A stretch of 64,000 bases of DNA from an uncultured delta proteobacterium (GTDB lineage Bacteria; Myxococcota_A; Polyangia; Fen-1088). Under the pieces are notes generated by a model. The model saw only the letters and a list, made by a program, of their open reading frames with translations, was not told where the DNA came from and searched no databases. The DNA lies in the NCBI GenBank assembly GCA_963737265.1, contig CAVTRY010000008.1, forward strand, positions 1,446 to 65,445, read 5' to 3'. This document shows, in pieces, positions 27,576 to 36,698 of this stretch. The position numbers were made by a program, and so were the translations under genes. Numbering within the stretch: the first letter of the stretch is position 1; each line of letters opens with the position of its first letter.

Positions 27576-29855
27576 CTATGGAGGCGTCAATTTCTTCTCG
27601 ACGATCTCTATTCCGGTCGCAGCGCGACTGTTGCCCGGATCCAGTTGAATGGCAGCACGATAGTGGTCCATGGCTTCGCGATAGCGACGCATGCTTTGAT
27701 AGTATTTACCGAGGGCGAGATGGGCGCGGAGGCCGCCGCCCATGTCTAGGGCCTGTCGCCCAAGTTGGATAGCCTCGATGCTGTTCCCGGCCTCAAATGC
27801 CCTTTCCGCGTCGAGGAGCAGGCTGTCGGCAGATGGTTCGTCGGTTTGCCCCGTGGAGGAATGCTTTCCCGATCGCGCCGACCGGGGCGGGCTGGGTCTG
27901 GCGGAAACGTCGACCGGCGGGACTCTTTGGACAGGAACCGCGACGTCGGCATCGGGCGGCGAAGTCCTTGGCTGTACGTCAGGGATGGAATTGGAATGCA
28001 CTGGCCGTATCTCGGGCACTTGGACGTTTGGCTTGCCATCGGAGACGGCGTTGCCGCGCCGATTCACGACGAGCAGGGCGGCCCCGCCGGCAAGAACCAG
28101 TGCCGTTGCTGTTCCGGCCAGGGCGACCTTGAACCACGTGCGATGGAACACCGCTGGCGGCGCACCGAGTTTGGCGACAATCTTGTCGATCTCTAGCCCC
28201 AAGGCAGCCATCGTCGCGTGGCGTTCTTCTGGATCTCGCGCCAAACATTTCATGACCAACTGGCAGATTGCCGGCGGCAGGTCAGGCCGATGATGGGAGA
28301 TCGGCGTGGCGTCGAGGGTGGCTTTCCTTGCAAGGATTTCCTCTGCCCCCTCGTGGGGGAGCTTCTTCGTCAGCAGTTCGTAGAGAACTTCGCCCACGGC
28401 ATAGATGTCGATCTTGGGCGTCGCGGGCTTTCCTTGCCCCTGTTCGGGAGCCATGTAGGCGAACGTGCCGATGAGATCCCCGACTCTTGTCAGCGCGGAT
28501 TCGCCGACGTCGAGTCGGGCCAGACCGAAGTCCAGGATCTTCACGAAATCGGGGTTACCGCCCTGGTTCACGAGCATCACGTTGCCCGGCTTCAGATCCC
28601 GGTGAATCACGCCGGCTTCGTGGGCCGCTGCAAGCGCCTGGCAGATCTGCGAGGCAATCGACAAGGCACGCAAGGGCTCGAACGGCCCCTCCTTGAAGAG
28701 GATCCGGTCGAGCGACTCGCCTTGGAGCAGCTCCATCGCGAGGTAGAGAAACTTGCCGTCGCCCGAGGGACCGAAACGTACAATATCGACGACGTGCGGG
28801 TTGGCGATGAGCGAGATCGACTCTGCTTCACGCCGGAAACGCTCTTCGATCTCTCGCGTGCGCCCCCTAGGATGCAGGACCTTGAGTGCAACATGGTTGG
28901 CCGTTTCGAGGTGTTCCGCCTCATAGACGCGACCCATGCCGCCCTCGCCCAGCACCTTTAGGATCTTGTATTCGCCAATCTCATCGCCGGCGGTTGGGTT
29001 CTGTGCCCACCCTCGTTTATCGAGCGAGGCTTGGAGGATCAACTTGATTCCACCGGCCAGCAGTTGCTGGCTTTCTTGGGCCTCGCTTTCGCGCACGCCG
29101 GGGAAAATGTCTTCCAGCCAGGACGCTACTTTCCGCCTGTCACCGTCGGAAGGCGCGTAATCAAGGAGAAAACCTCTTACCGCGGCCAGGGCTTCAGCTG
29201 GCGAGATTCCCTCTTCGAGGAGGCAAGGAACGACCTTGGCCAGCTGCGGTGGAAATGTCGGGAATGGCAGATCGCGGAGAATGCCGGCGAGCGGCAGAAT
29301 ATCCTTGGCGACCCGGATGTCGATCTCGGCGCGAGGGTGAAAACCAAGCCGGTAGCCAGCGACTTTCACGTCTCCCGAATAGCCGACCATGATCGTCCGC
29401 TGCGAGACATTGCCATGCACGCGGTTCGAGCCTTCGAAGTCGTGGAAGTAGTCCACCGCCGCGAAGATGTCGTGGGCCACCACCGCGCCAAGCTCGGGCG
29501 GAAGCGGCACGGACTGTTTCGCGGCTTGGTCGCGGATGGCTCCGAGCGACTTTCCAGCGACATTTTCCATCACGACCCCGACCTCCCCATCCACTTCGGT
29601 GCAGACAAGCACCTTGGCCAGATTGGGCGAAGTCATTCTGGCGAGAACCTTCGCGTCGGCTCTTGCGGCGTCGTCTTTCGCCACCCGAGGGCCGAGAGTT
29701 TTCCCCGCTTGGAGCGGCCTTTTCTTGATCACCCACGGCTCCGTCGCACCGTTGATCGCCAAAAGGTAGACAGATTGCTCGCCCTCGTCGGAGAGCGGCT
29801 TCAACAGCGCGTATGAGCCGTAGAGGCTTGGAAGGGTAGTTGGAATCCGTGACAC
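27576..29855 (-). CDS. Ser/Thr protein kinase with N-terminal kinase-like (degenerate) domain, TM segment and C-terminal TPR
   Basis: The active domain has GEGGMGRVYEAEH, VALKVL, HRDLKPGNVML, DFGLA and APE. The N-terminal ~250 aa are kinase-like, but the catalytic loop reads VHGNVSQRTI and there is no DFG. TM helix VALAGTATALVLAGGAALLVV. TPR-like tail. Confidence 0.85.
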   Translation of the reverse strand: MSRIPTTLPSLYGSYALLKPLSDEGEQSVYLLAINGATEPWVIKKRPLQAGKTLGPRVAKDDAARADAKVLARMTSPNLAKVLVCTEVDGEVGVVMENVAGKSLGAIRDQAAKQSVPLPPELGAVVAHDIFAAVDYFHDFEGSNRVHGNVSQRTIMVGYSGDVKVAGYRLGFHPRAEIDIRVAKDILPLAGILRDLPFPTFPPQLAKVVPCLLEEGISPAEALAAVRGFLLDYAPSDGDRRKVASWLEDIFPGVRESEAQESQQLLAGGIKLILQASLDKRGWAQNPTAGDEIGEYKILKVLGEGGMGRVYEAEHLETANHVALKVLHPRGRTREIEERFRREAESISLIANPHVVDIVRFGPSGDGKFLYLAMELLQGESLDRILFKEGPFEPLRALSIASQICQALAAAHEAGVIHRDLKPGNVMLVNQGGNPDFVKILDFGLARLDVGESALTRVGDLIGTFAYMAPEQGQGKPATPKIDIYAVGEVLYELLTKKLPHEGAEEILARKATLDATPISHHRPDLPPAICQLVMKCLARDPEERHATMAALGLEIDKIVAKLGAPPAVFHRTWFKVALAGTATALVLAGGAALLVVNRRGNAVSDGKPNVQVPEIRPVHSNSIPDVQPRTSPPDADVAVPVQRVPPVDVSARPSPPRSARSGKHSSTGQTDEPSADSLLLDAERAFEAGNSIEAIQLGRQALDMGGGLRAHLALGKYYQSMRRYREAMDHYRAAIQLDPGNSRAATGIEIVEKKLTPP

Positions 29856-29956
29856 CCGGTCCCGACGCTAACCCCGGTTATGGGCAGTGACAAGGATCCA
29901 CGTTCGCGCTGTCTCGATTCAGGCTACTGTAGGCGACTGGAAACGACGGCACCATC

Positions 29957-31672
29957 ATGGCTACCGAAAAGGTTCGCCTCGCCAGCATCGCACTTGGACC
30001 GCTCTTGCGTCGGCGCGGAACATCTCCCGCTGTCGGGGCCACGCAGCGTCGGGCGATCCAGGCGCTGGACAAGGCACTGGTCGAGAACGATCCACGAAAA
30101 CAGGAGGATGCGATTCGCTTGGCGACGGCAGAGCTACGAAACTGCCAGCACTTGGCCGAGCAGTCCAGCCGTGAAGCCGACCGCGGGCAGCTCGACGGTG
30201 TGAACCAAGCCTTGATCCTGATAGCGCCGGCCACAGCACCCGCGCCGCCTAGATCGTCGGTGTTTCTGGCACCCAGCCCCGCCCCAGCCAGCGAAATTCT
30301 CCATCCCCCCGGCCAACCGGTGGCGCCGTTCAAACTTGTGCCACCACCGATTCCACCCCAGGCGCGACCTGCCCCTCTTGCCGCCTCACCAACGGCGGAA
30401 GCGCGCATTCGGACGCCCAAAACCAAGTCGCTCGATTTTCCCACGGCTCGCGTCCGGCTGGACGGCCTTCTCAAGGGAGTCCGGGTTATTCATGTCAGGC
30501 TTGACGATCCGTTGACCACCCTTCGCGAAGTCAGCGTCGCCGGTCTCGAACTCGATAAGATCGTCCAGGTGACAAAGTGGCTTGGGGCCAAGCACATCCC
30601 TGCGTTTCTCGAAGCGGCCGAAAAGGCCGAGAACGTGGAGGAACGGCTTGTAGCCCATGCGGCGCTCGTTCACCTCGGCGTGCCAGATGGTGCCGAGAAA
30701 ATGATAACCATGGTCGCGAAGGCTGCAATGGACAAGCCGCCCGGTACAACTGCCACGATTTTGCGTACCCTCGCCAATGCGGGTGTTCTCGATGGCCTGG
30801 TTAAACTCTTCTTGGGCCGGCCCGAGATCGCGCTTTGCAAGGTGCTCCTGCCTGTTCTTTGGGAAAATGGATTGCTGTCGTCTGACCAACTACTAAATCT
30901 TGCAAACCATCCCGACGACGAGGTGTCCGCTGAAGCGGCGGTAGCGCTTGCGTGGGCTGGCGATGCCCGCGGCGCCCAGATGCTCTTGGCGTGGGCGCGC
31001 GCGACTTCGGACCCGCGACGGGCGAATGCCTTTCTTTTCGCGGCGGTGGCTCTTGGGTTGGTCGAGGCCCTTGCCGAGGTACGAGCGCGGCTCACGGAAT
31101 GCAAAGATAGCGTCCATGGCGCCCACCATCTTATCGAGGCGCTCGCGATCGCTGGCGACGGTTCAGATGCCGTTCGGTTGGTGGCGTTTGCCGCGCGGCC
31201 TGAAGCCGAGGTCGATGTTGATGTCGGCCAGGCCGTTCTCGCGGCTGCCAATTTGGGGTGCGCGGAAATCCTTCCATCGCTGTCCGCTTTCGCGGAGCGC
31301 GTGCGCCCGGACATCCTGACGGAAGCCCGAAGCATGATTCTCGGAGACGGTCGCTCGCACCATCCCGGCACGATTCCATCGCCGTCGACCACCCGAATGC
31401 TTCGAGGTCAGCCGTGGTCGGTAGCCGGGGTGCTTGAGAGCCTCGCCGCGCTTGACCGTCCAGTTTGGTCGCAGCGGCGATCGGCCCTGGAGATCCGCGT
31501 GCGCACGGGGCTGGTGCCCCCGACCGGGTTTCCGCTGCTCGCGTCGGCCGCTGCCCGTGCCGAGCTGTTGGCGAAATGGGAAACGCATTTCGCGAAGGCA
31601 GGTGCGAAGCTCGCGCCAGGTGGATGGTACTACCAAGGCAAGCCCGCCAGATCAGCAGGGGGTATCCGATGA
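29957..31672 (+). CDS. HEAT/ARM-like repeat protein, function unknown
   Basis: 571 aa with a Pro/Ala-rich linker followed by a helical-repeat region (..LVAHAALVHLG..; ..AAVALAWAGD..; ..LFAAVALGL..). Its stop overlaps the DUF2169 start (ATGA). Confidence 0.5.
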   Translation: MATEKVRLASIALGPLLRRRGTSPAVGATQRRAIQALDKALVENDPRKQEDAIRLATAELRNCQHLAEQSSREADRGQLDGVNQALILIAPATAPAPPRSSVFLAPSPAPASEILHPPGQPVAPFKLVPPPIPPQARPAPLAASPTAEARIRTPKTKSLDFPTARVRLDGLLKGVRVIHVRLDDPLTTLREVSVAGLELDKIVQVTKWLGAKHIPAFLEAAEKAENVEERLVAHAALVHLGVPDGAEKMITMVAKAAMDKPPGTTATILRTLANAGVLDGLVKLFLGRPEIALCKVLLPVLWENGLLSSDQLLNLANHPDDEVSAEAAVALAWAGDARGAQMLLAWARATSDPRRANAFLFAAVALGLVEALAEVRARLTECKDSVHGAHHLIEALAIAGDGSDAVRLVAFAARPEAEVDVDVGQAVLAAANLGCAEILPSLSAFAERVRPDILTEARSMILGDGRSHHPGTIPSPSTTRMLRGQPWSVAGVLESLAALDRPVWSQRRSALEIRVRTGLVPPTGFPLLASAAARAELLAKWETHFAKAGAKLAPGGWYYQGKPARSAGGIR

Positions 31673-32727
31673 GCCTGATCGTCAATCTGACGGACTCCGA
31701 AGTCGCCTATGTCCTAGGCATGGGATGCGATGGCCAGTGGCAGGTCACCGCCGTGGTGAAGACCACGTACGTCTGGAATCAGTCGGGCGAGGTGAGTCCC
31801 GTTCCGGCTTCGCCAATCACGACCATGGACGAGATCGCGGGTGAAGGCGCTGCCTCCAGCCTGTTGCGCGCTCGCGAGCTCGCGCCCCCCAAGCCCAATC
31901 TCGATGTCCTGCTCGTCGGGGCCATCGCCTTCCCGAATGCCATCGCCGAGGTCGACGTCGAGCTGAAGGTCGGATCCCGCTTACGCAAAAGAGCCCGAGT
32001 TTTCGGAGATCGCGTTTGGGTGCCCGGCATGGTGGCGGATCTGGTGCCGTCGCAGCCGCGGCCGGTGACTTGTGTACCCATCACCTGGGAACGGAGCTAC
32101 GGCGGCACGGATCCGGACGATTCGACCTACGTCGACCGACGCAATCCGGCGGGCTCGGGCGTGGCCAAGGATTTGAAGACGCTGCACGGCCGACCGGCAC
32201 CCAATTTCGAACATCCCGAGAAAGCCATCGGCGCGCTGATGGGAACGCCCGACCCCATCGCCTTTGGCCCTGTGGCTGCGCATTGGCAGCAAAGGATCGC
32301 CTTGGCCGGGGCCTATGACGAGGCTTGGGAGAAATCGCGCCGCCCCTTGCCGCCCGAGGATTTCTCACCCGCGTTCTTCAATGTCGCCCCCGCAGATCAG
32401 CGGTTGGACGGTTACCTGGCGGGCGAGGAGGTTCGTCTGCATAACCTGACCACGGCGGTCCACGATCATTTCAATCTGCCCGCGTCCGCGATCCCCATCG
32501 CGTTCGTGACCAGCGACGATTTCACGGAAGAAATCGCCGAGGTCGATACCCTCGTGATCGAGCCGGAAGAGCGGCGGTTCTCCTTGCTCTGCAAAGCCCA
32601 GGCGACGCTCGGCGAAGGCCCGCGATCCCTCGGGCGCATTGTCGTCGGCGCGATGACCGACGAAATTCGGGATGCGGTCGGAAGTGGCGGGCCATACATT
32701 CTGGCGGTGGAACCGGAGGGCGAGTAG
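31669..32727 (+). CDS. DUF2169 domain protein (T6SS-associated adaptor family)
   Basis: ..PKPNLDVLLVGAIAFP...VELKVGSRLRKRARVFGDRVW.., ..TWERSYGG.., ..NPAGSG.., ..PNFEHP.., ..FGPVAAHWQQRIALAGAYDEAWEKSRRPLPPEDFSPAFFNVAPADQ..GEEVRLHNL.. follows the DUF2169 consensus along its length. Confidence 0.8.
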   Translation: MSLIVNLTDSEVAYVLGMGCDGQWQVTAVVKTTYVWNQSGEVSPVPASPITTMDEIAGEGAASSLLRARELAPPKPNLDVLLVGAIAFPNAIAEVDVELKVGSRLRKRARVFGDRVWVPGMVADLVPSQPRPVTCVPITWERSYGGTDPDDSTYVDRRNPAGSGVAKDLKTLHGRPAPNFEHPEKAIGALMGTPDPIAFGPVAAHWQQRIALAGAYDEAWEKSRRPLPPEDFSPAFFNVAPADQRLDGYLAGEEVRLHNLTTAVHDHFNLPASAIPIAFVTSDDFTEEIAEVDTLVIEPEERRFSLLCKAQATLGEGPRSLGRIVVGAMTDEIRDAVGSGGPYILAVEPEGE

Positions 32728-33752
32728 TGAGCGGACTCGCCATCGAGGCCGTCGGCGCAATCACGCCGGTGGGCGAGGACGCACCAGCGAGCGTCGGTTC
32801 AATCTTCACGGATGTCCGAACGTTCGATCCGCTTCCCATCGAGGGTGCGGATGGCAAGCTGGTTACGGGAGCGGCCACGCCAATTTCCCGTGCGGTGGAT
32901 GGTCTTGACCGGCTGGTGATGTTGGGTGCGTTCGCCTTGCGCGAAGCGACCGAAAGGCTGGCCAAGGGCACCGAGCTTGGCCTTGTGGTCTGCGCACCGG
33001 CGGAGAAGGACGAGGCCGGTCTCGTCGGACAGACTGCGTCCTTCCTGGCGCGGCTTGCAGCCGAAGCCGATGTCGCAACCACGCCCAAGGCCAGCCGTGT
33101 CTTCTCTTCGGGTAGGAACGCCACGCTTGAAGCCCTTGTCTTCGCGCAGGCAGCGCTACGCTCGCAGGACGTCCCAGCCGTGTGCCTGCTCGGCGTGGAC
33201 AGCCTGGTGACCAAGGCTCGGCTAACGAAGATGGTCAGGAGCGCGTCGGCGGGAGCGGAACCGATTGTGCCCGGTGAAGCGGCGGCGGCTATCCTCCTGA
33301 CCCGTCGTCAAGGACCGAGCTCGCTTGCCATCCTGGTCGGTGCCGGGGCAGCCGAGGCATCGTCGCGTAGCGTACCGCCGAGTCGGCCCAATCCGGGTAG
33401 CGACATCGTCTCGTCCATCGCGAAGACCTCGGCCGAGGCCGGGTTGCCCAAGGGAACATTCACAGCCCTGCTGCACGACCTTCCCGCATCGCAGGCTGGA
33501 TTTGAGGAGCTGACCTGGCTCAAGGGCTGTTCTTCAATTCGTGCTTCGATGAATATTTTGTCACCCTCGTTCTCGGTTGGGGAAACCGGGGCGGCGAGCG
33601 GGGTTCTTTCGTTGGTCACGCTAGCGTTCTTGATCGCGAAAGGGGTGGTGACCGAGCCTGGCCTTTGCCTGTTCACGTTGGAGGGTAATCGTCACGGCGT
33701 GGCGATCATGACGCCTCCGTTGCAGCGGAAAACCAGCAAGGCCGTCGGGTGA
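32727..33752 (+). CDS. beta-ketoacyl synthase-like (thiolase-fold) protein lacking the active-site Cys
   Basis: N-terminal ..IEAVGAITPVGEDA.. and C-terminal ..GETGAASGVLSLVTLAFLI.. resemble KAS enzymes. The position of the catalytic Cys reads ..SGRNATLEAL... The GTG start abuts the DUF2169 stop. Confidence 0.45.
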   Translation: MSGLAIEAVGAITPVGEDAPASVGSIFTDVRTFDPLPIEGADGKLVTGAATPISRAVDGLDRLVMLGAFALREATERLAKGTELGLVVCAPAEKDEAGLVGQTASFLARLAAEADVATTPKASRVFSSGRNATLEALVFAQAALRSQDVPAVCLLGVDSLVTKARLTKMVRSASAGAEPIVPGEAAAAILLTRRQGPSSLAILVGAGAAEASSRSVPPSRPNPGSDIVSSIAKTSAEAGLPKGTFTALLHDLPASQAGFEELTWLKGCSSIRASMNILSPSFSVGETGAASGVLSLVTLAFLIAKGVVTEPGLCLFTLEGNRHGVAIMTPPLQRKTSKAVG

Positions 33753-33762
33753 AGACGGAGAC

Positions 33763-33862
33763 CGTGGCCGTGGTCGTGGCCGTGGCCGTGGCCGAGCAAC
33801 TTTTCCTCTGTGCTGCCACGACCACGACCACGGGGACGGCCACGGCCACGGCCACGGGGACG
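33763..33862. repeat. inverted hexamer microsatellite (GTGGCC/GTGGTC)n ... (GGCCAC/GACCAC)n forming a long imperfect hairpin
   Basis: CCGTGGCCGTGGTCGTGGCCGTGGCCGTGGCC, a 22-nt loop, then GCCACGACCACGACCACGGGGACGGCCACGGCCACGGCCACGG. Located between the KAS-like gene and the kinase. Confidence 0.8.
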
Positions 33863-33989
33863 ACCGCTTTCTTTACCCAGCGGGCTGACGGTGGCCAAGT
33901 CCCCGCTCGCTTACTCCGGCCCTGTTCCGCGCGACGGGGCCGGTATATGTTCCACTCTGCCGTCCCCGCAAGGGGCGGAAGACACGACC

Positions 33990-35795
33990 ATGCTTAGCAA
34001 TATTCTTCTTGGCAATACCTTCGGCAGCTACCGAATCGTGCATAGAATCGGCGAGGGCGGCATGGGTGAGGTCTATCTCGCCGAACACATGCACATGCAG
34101 CGGATGGCCGCCATCAAGGTGCTACGCCCGCAGTACGCCGCGAATGTCGAGCTTGTGGAGCGATTTTTCGCCGAGGCCAGATCCGCGAACCTCATAAACC
34201 ACCCCGCCATCGTCGAAATCTACGACTGCGCAACGCTTCCGGACGGCAGCGCCTACATCGTGATGGAGTACCTGGAAGGCCAGACGCTGGGGGCCGCCCT
34301 CGGACGGCTGGGCTGCGTCAGCGAGGCGCTAACATTGGTGGATCTATCGTGGCAAATCGCCACCGCGCTCCAGGCCGCGCACGACAAGGGCATCATTCAC
34401 CGGGATCTCAAGCCGGACAACATCTTCCTGACCTTCCTGCCCGACCAGGCACCGAACCCGGTGGTCAAGATCCTCGACTTCGGTATCGCCAAGCTCCTGC
34501 ATTCCACCGTCAAGGCCACGCAAACCGGCAGCTTGCTCGGTACCCCGCTTTACATGTCGCCCGAACAGGCGCGCGGTTCGGGCCTGGTCGATCACCGCAC
34601 CGACATCTATTCGCAGGGCTGCATCATGTTCGAGATGACGACCGGCCGTCCGCCATTCGTCCGAGAAGGCGTGGGCGAGCTGATTATTGCCCACGCCTCG
34701 GAGATTCCACCGGCACCGTCGATCATCAAACCGTCGATCCCGCCAGAAATAGACCAGCTCATCATCCAAATGCTGGCCAAGAACCCGGCGCATCGGCCGC
34801 AGAGCATGCAGGAAATCGCCACCCGTCTGGACGTGTTTCGCGTTAAGAAAAGCGCCATGGCGGCGACCCGTCCGTTCCTGCCGGATCTGGATGACGGTCA
34901 CACCAGCCAGTATCGACGACCGCTTCCGTCGGCGCCGGACCCCGGCCCCGAGGCCAAGCCACGCCCGCGAAAGGTAGCTGCGACAGCGATCCTTCCGCCC
35001 TCCGAGCGAGACTTCCGGTCGCCCCGTTCCGTGATCCGACATCCGATGGTTGCCGAGCACTCATGGATCGCACGCGTCCAGGAGACTTCGCCCGGCCGGT
35101 CGCCCCAGCGCGGGGTGGTTCCCATGCCGCGGCCAAGCACGCCCCCCAGCGCCGCGTCCGACGCCGGCACTGTGAATCCAGTTTCGTCCCGCCCCTTCGC
35201 CGGCTACCTTCTTCGGATAGCCGGCGGACTTCTGATTGGCGGCATGATCGTTCTCATCGTGTTGGTGACTCGGAAGACGCGGGAGGCCAAGGACGCCCCA
35301 CAGAGCGCCCCGCAGAGCGCCACCCCGGTGGAAGTCGTGCTTCCCGTGCTGGCGCCTTCACCAAGCCCCGCCGCGGTGCCCACCCCGCAAGCCGCGGCTC
35401 TTCCACCCGCGACGGCGCCGTCGTCCGCCACCGCCACGATGGGCAGCACGACAAACGCAGCACCCGATAAACCTAAGCGACCATCCAATCGCCAGCCGAC
35501 CACCGACACAGGTCGCGACGCCAATCGATTGCGCAAGCGGCTACGCGCCGAAGCCATGGACGCCGCGAAGGACGCGTTTATGGATGGCAACTTTGCCACC
35601 GCCGCGATCCAAGCCGAGCGCGCGATAAGGCACGGGGCGGGCGTGCATGGCTATCTCTTCCTTGCGGAAAGTCAGATGCGCCTTCGAGCTTACCCAGAAG
35701 CTATACGAGCCTACACATCGGTGCTTGAGTTAGATCCCGATAATTCCATCGCGAAGCTTGGAATCCGCGTCTGCATATCTCAAATTTCACACTGA
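33990..35795 (+). CDS. Ser/Thr protein kinase with TM segment and C-terminal TPR
   Basis: GEGGMGEVYLAEH, AIKVL, HRDLKPDNIFL, DFGIA and SPE. TM helix LLRIAGGLLIGGMIVLIVLV. TPR-like tail. Start set at MLSNILLG. It ends 9 nt before cassette gene A1. Confidence 0.85.
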   Translation: MLSNILLGNTFGSYRIVHRIGEGGMGEVYLAEHMHMQRMAAIKVLRPQYAANVELVERFFAEARSANLINHPAIVEIYDCATLPDGSAYIVMEYLEGQTLGAALGRLGCVSEALTLVDLSWQIATALQAAHDKGIIHRDLKPDNIFLTFLPDQAPNPVVKILDFGIAKLLHSTVKATQTGSLLGTPLYMSPEQARGSGLVDHRTDIYSQGCIMFEMTTGRPPFVREGVGELIIAHASEIPPAPSIIKPSIPPEIDQLIIQMLAKNPAHRPQSMQEIATRLDVFRVKKSAMAATRPFLPDLDDGHTSQYRRPLPSAPDPGPEAKPRPRKVAATAILPPSERDFRSPRSVIRHPMVAEHSWIARVQETSPGRSPQRGVVPMPRPSTPPSAASDAGTVNPVSSRPFAGYLLRIAGGLLIGGMIVLIVLVTRKTREAKDAPQSAPQSATPVEVVLPVLAPSPSPAAVPTPQAAALPPATAPSSATATMGSTTNAAPDKPKRPSNRQPTTDTGRDANRLRKRLRAEAMDAAKDAFMDGNFATAAIQAERAIRHGAGVHGYLFLAESQMRLRAYPEAIRAYTSVLELDPDNSIAKLGIRVCISQISH

Positions 35796-35804
35796 GTTGA
35801 CATC

Positions 35805-36698
35805 ATGCGAACAGTCTCCATAGCCGTTCTCCTCCTTCTTGTAGGAGGTTCCGCATTCGCGGGCACACCGGACACCATCGCCATCGCGGTCGATACCGGA
35901 ACCCTGAACCCGAAGATCGCCGCGGACATTCGAGACGGCATTGCCGCCCAGGTCCTGGCCGGCCTGCGGGAGAATAAGATCGATCTCGTGCCGTTCACCG
36001 ACGCCGACGTTCTTGGCGAAGCCGTCGACTGCGCGGGGCCACCTTGCCTTGAGGGAATCGCGCGGCTTTCGCACCTAGCCCTGATAGCCCAGGTGCAGCT
36101 TCGCGCGAAAAAATCTGAACGGAAGGGAAAGCTGGACTACACCGTCGCGATCCTGGCTGCCCGCGCTGTCCCCGAATCCCAGTCATGGCGCGATACGAGC
36201 GCCTGTCCTGGCTGCGATCCCGAAGGCGTGAAAGACGTGGTCTTCCTTCTTGCCTCGACCCTCGGCGAACGCATCGCCGCCGAGATCCGCAAGCCAGCCC
36301 CAGCCCCAGCGCCAGCCCTAGCGCGACCGGTTGCGACCGTGCGCCCAACCCCACCGCCAGCCACCATCGCGATGCCACCGCTACCAGCGCGCGAGCCCGA
36401 CTGGTTCGTGCCGCGGTATTTGTCGGTCGGCGTGCTGGTGGGTGGGGCGGTGGTGGCGGGGACGGGCGTTTATCTGCTGCATCTGAATGGGAAAGGAACG
36501 TGCGACCTGGCGACGCCCAAGAAGCTCTGCACGCGAAGCTACGACACAAAAGCCATCGGCGCGGGTCTGCTGGTCGGTGGCGGATTGGCACTGCTAGGCG
36601 GCGTTGCTGGCCTAGTTTTTTATGGTCCCAATACCGACGGCTCGCACCTGGCCCTAACCTTCACCGGATCGTCAATTTCGGTTTCTGGAGGATTCTGA
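35805..36698 (+). CDS. cassette 1 protein A: signal peptide, globular domain, Pro-rich linker, two Gly-rich TM segments
   Basis: 297 aa beginning MRTVSIAVLLLLVGGSAFAG. Contains ..AVDCAGPPCL.., a PAPAPAP linker, and TM segments LSVGVLVGGAVVAGTGVYLL and IGAGLLVGGGLALLGGVAGLVF. Paralogues at 42813, 49872 and 57925. Confidence 0.7.
   Translation: MRTVSIAVLLLLVGGSAFAGTPDTIAIAVDTGTLNPKIAADIRDGIAAQVLAGLRENKIDLVPFTDADVLGEAVDCAGPPCLEGIARLSHLALIAQVQLRAKKSERKGKLDYTVAILAARAVPESQSWRDTSACPGCDPEGVKDVVFLLASTLGERIAAEIRKPAPAPAPALARPVATVRPTPPPATIAMPPLPAREPDWFVPRYLSVGVLVGGAVVAGTGVYLLHLNGKGTCDLATPKKLCTRSYDTKAIGAGLLVGGGLALLGGVAGLVFYGPNTDGSHLALTFTGSSISVSGGF

Noticed and set aside
33692-33997. ORFs 33692-33898 (-) and 33749-33997 (+), encoding GRGRPRGRGRG and TATATATG runs.
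   Set aside because: They are translations of the inverted GTGGCC hexamer microsatellite, and no flanking coding signal is present.
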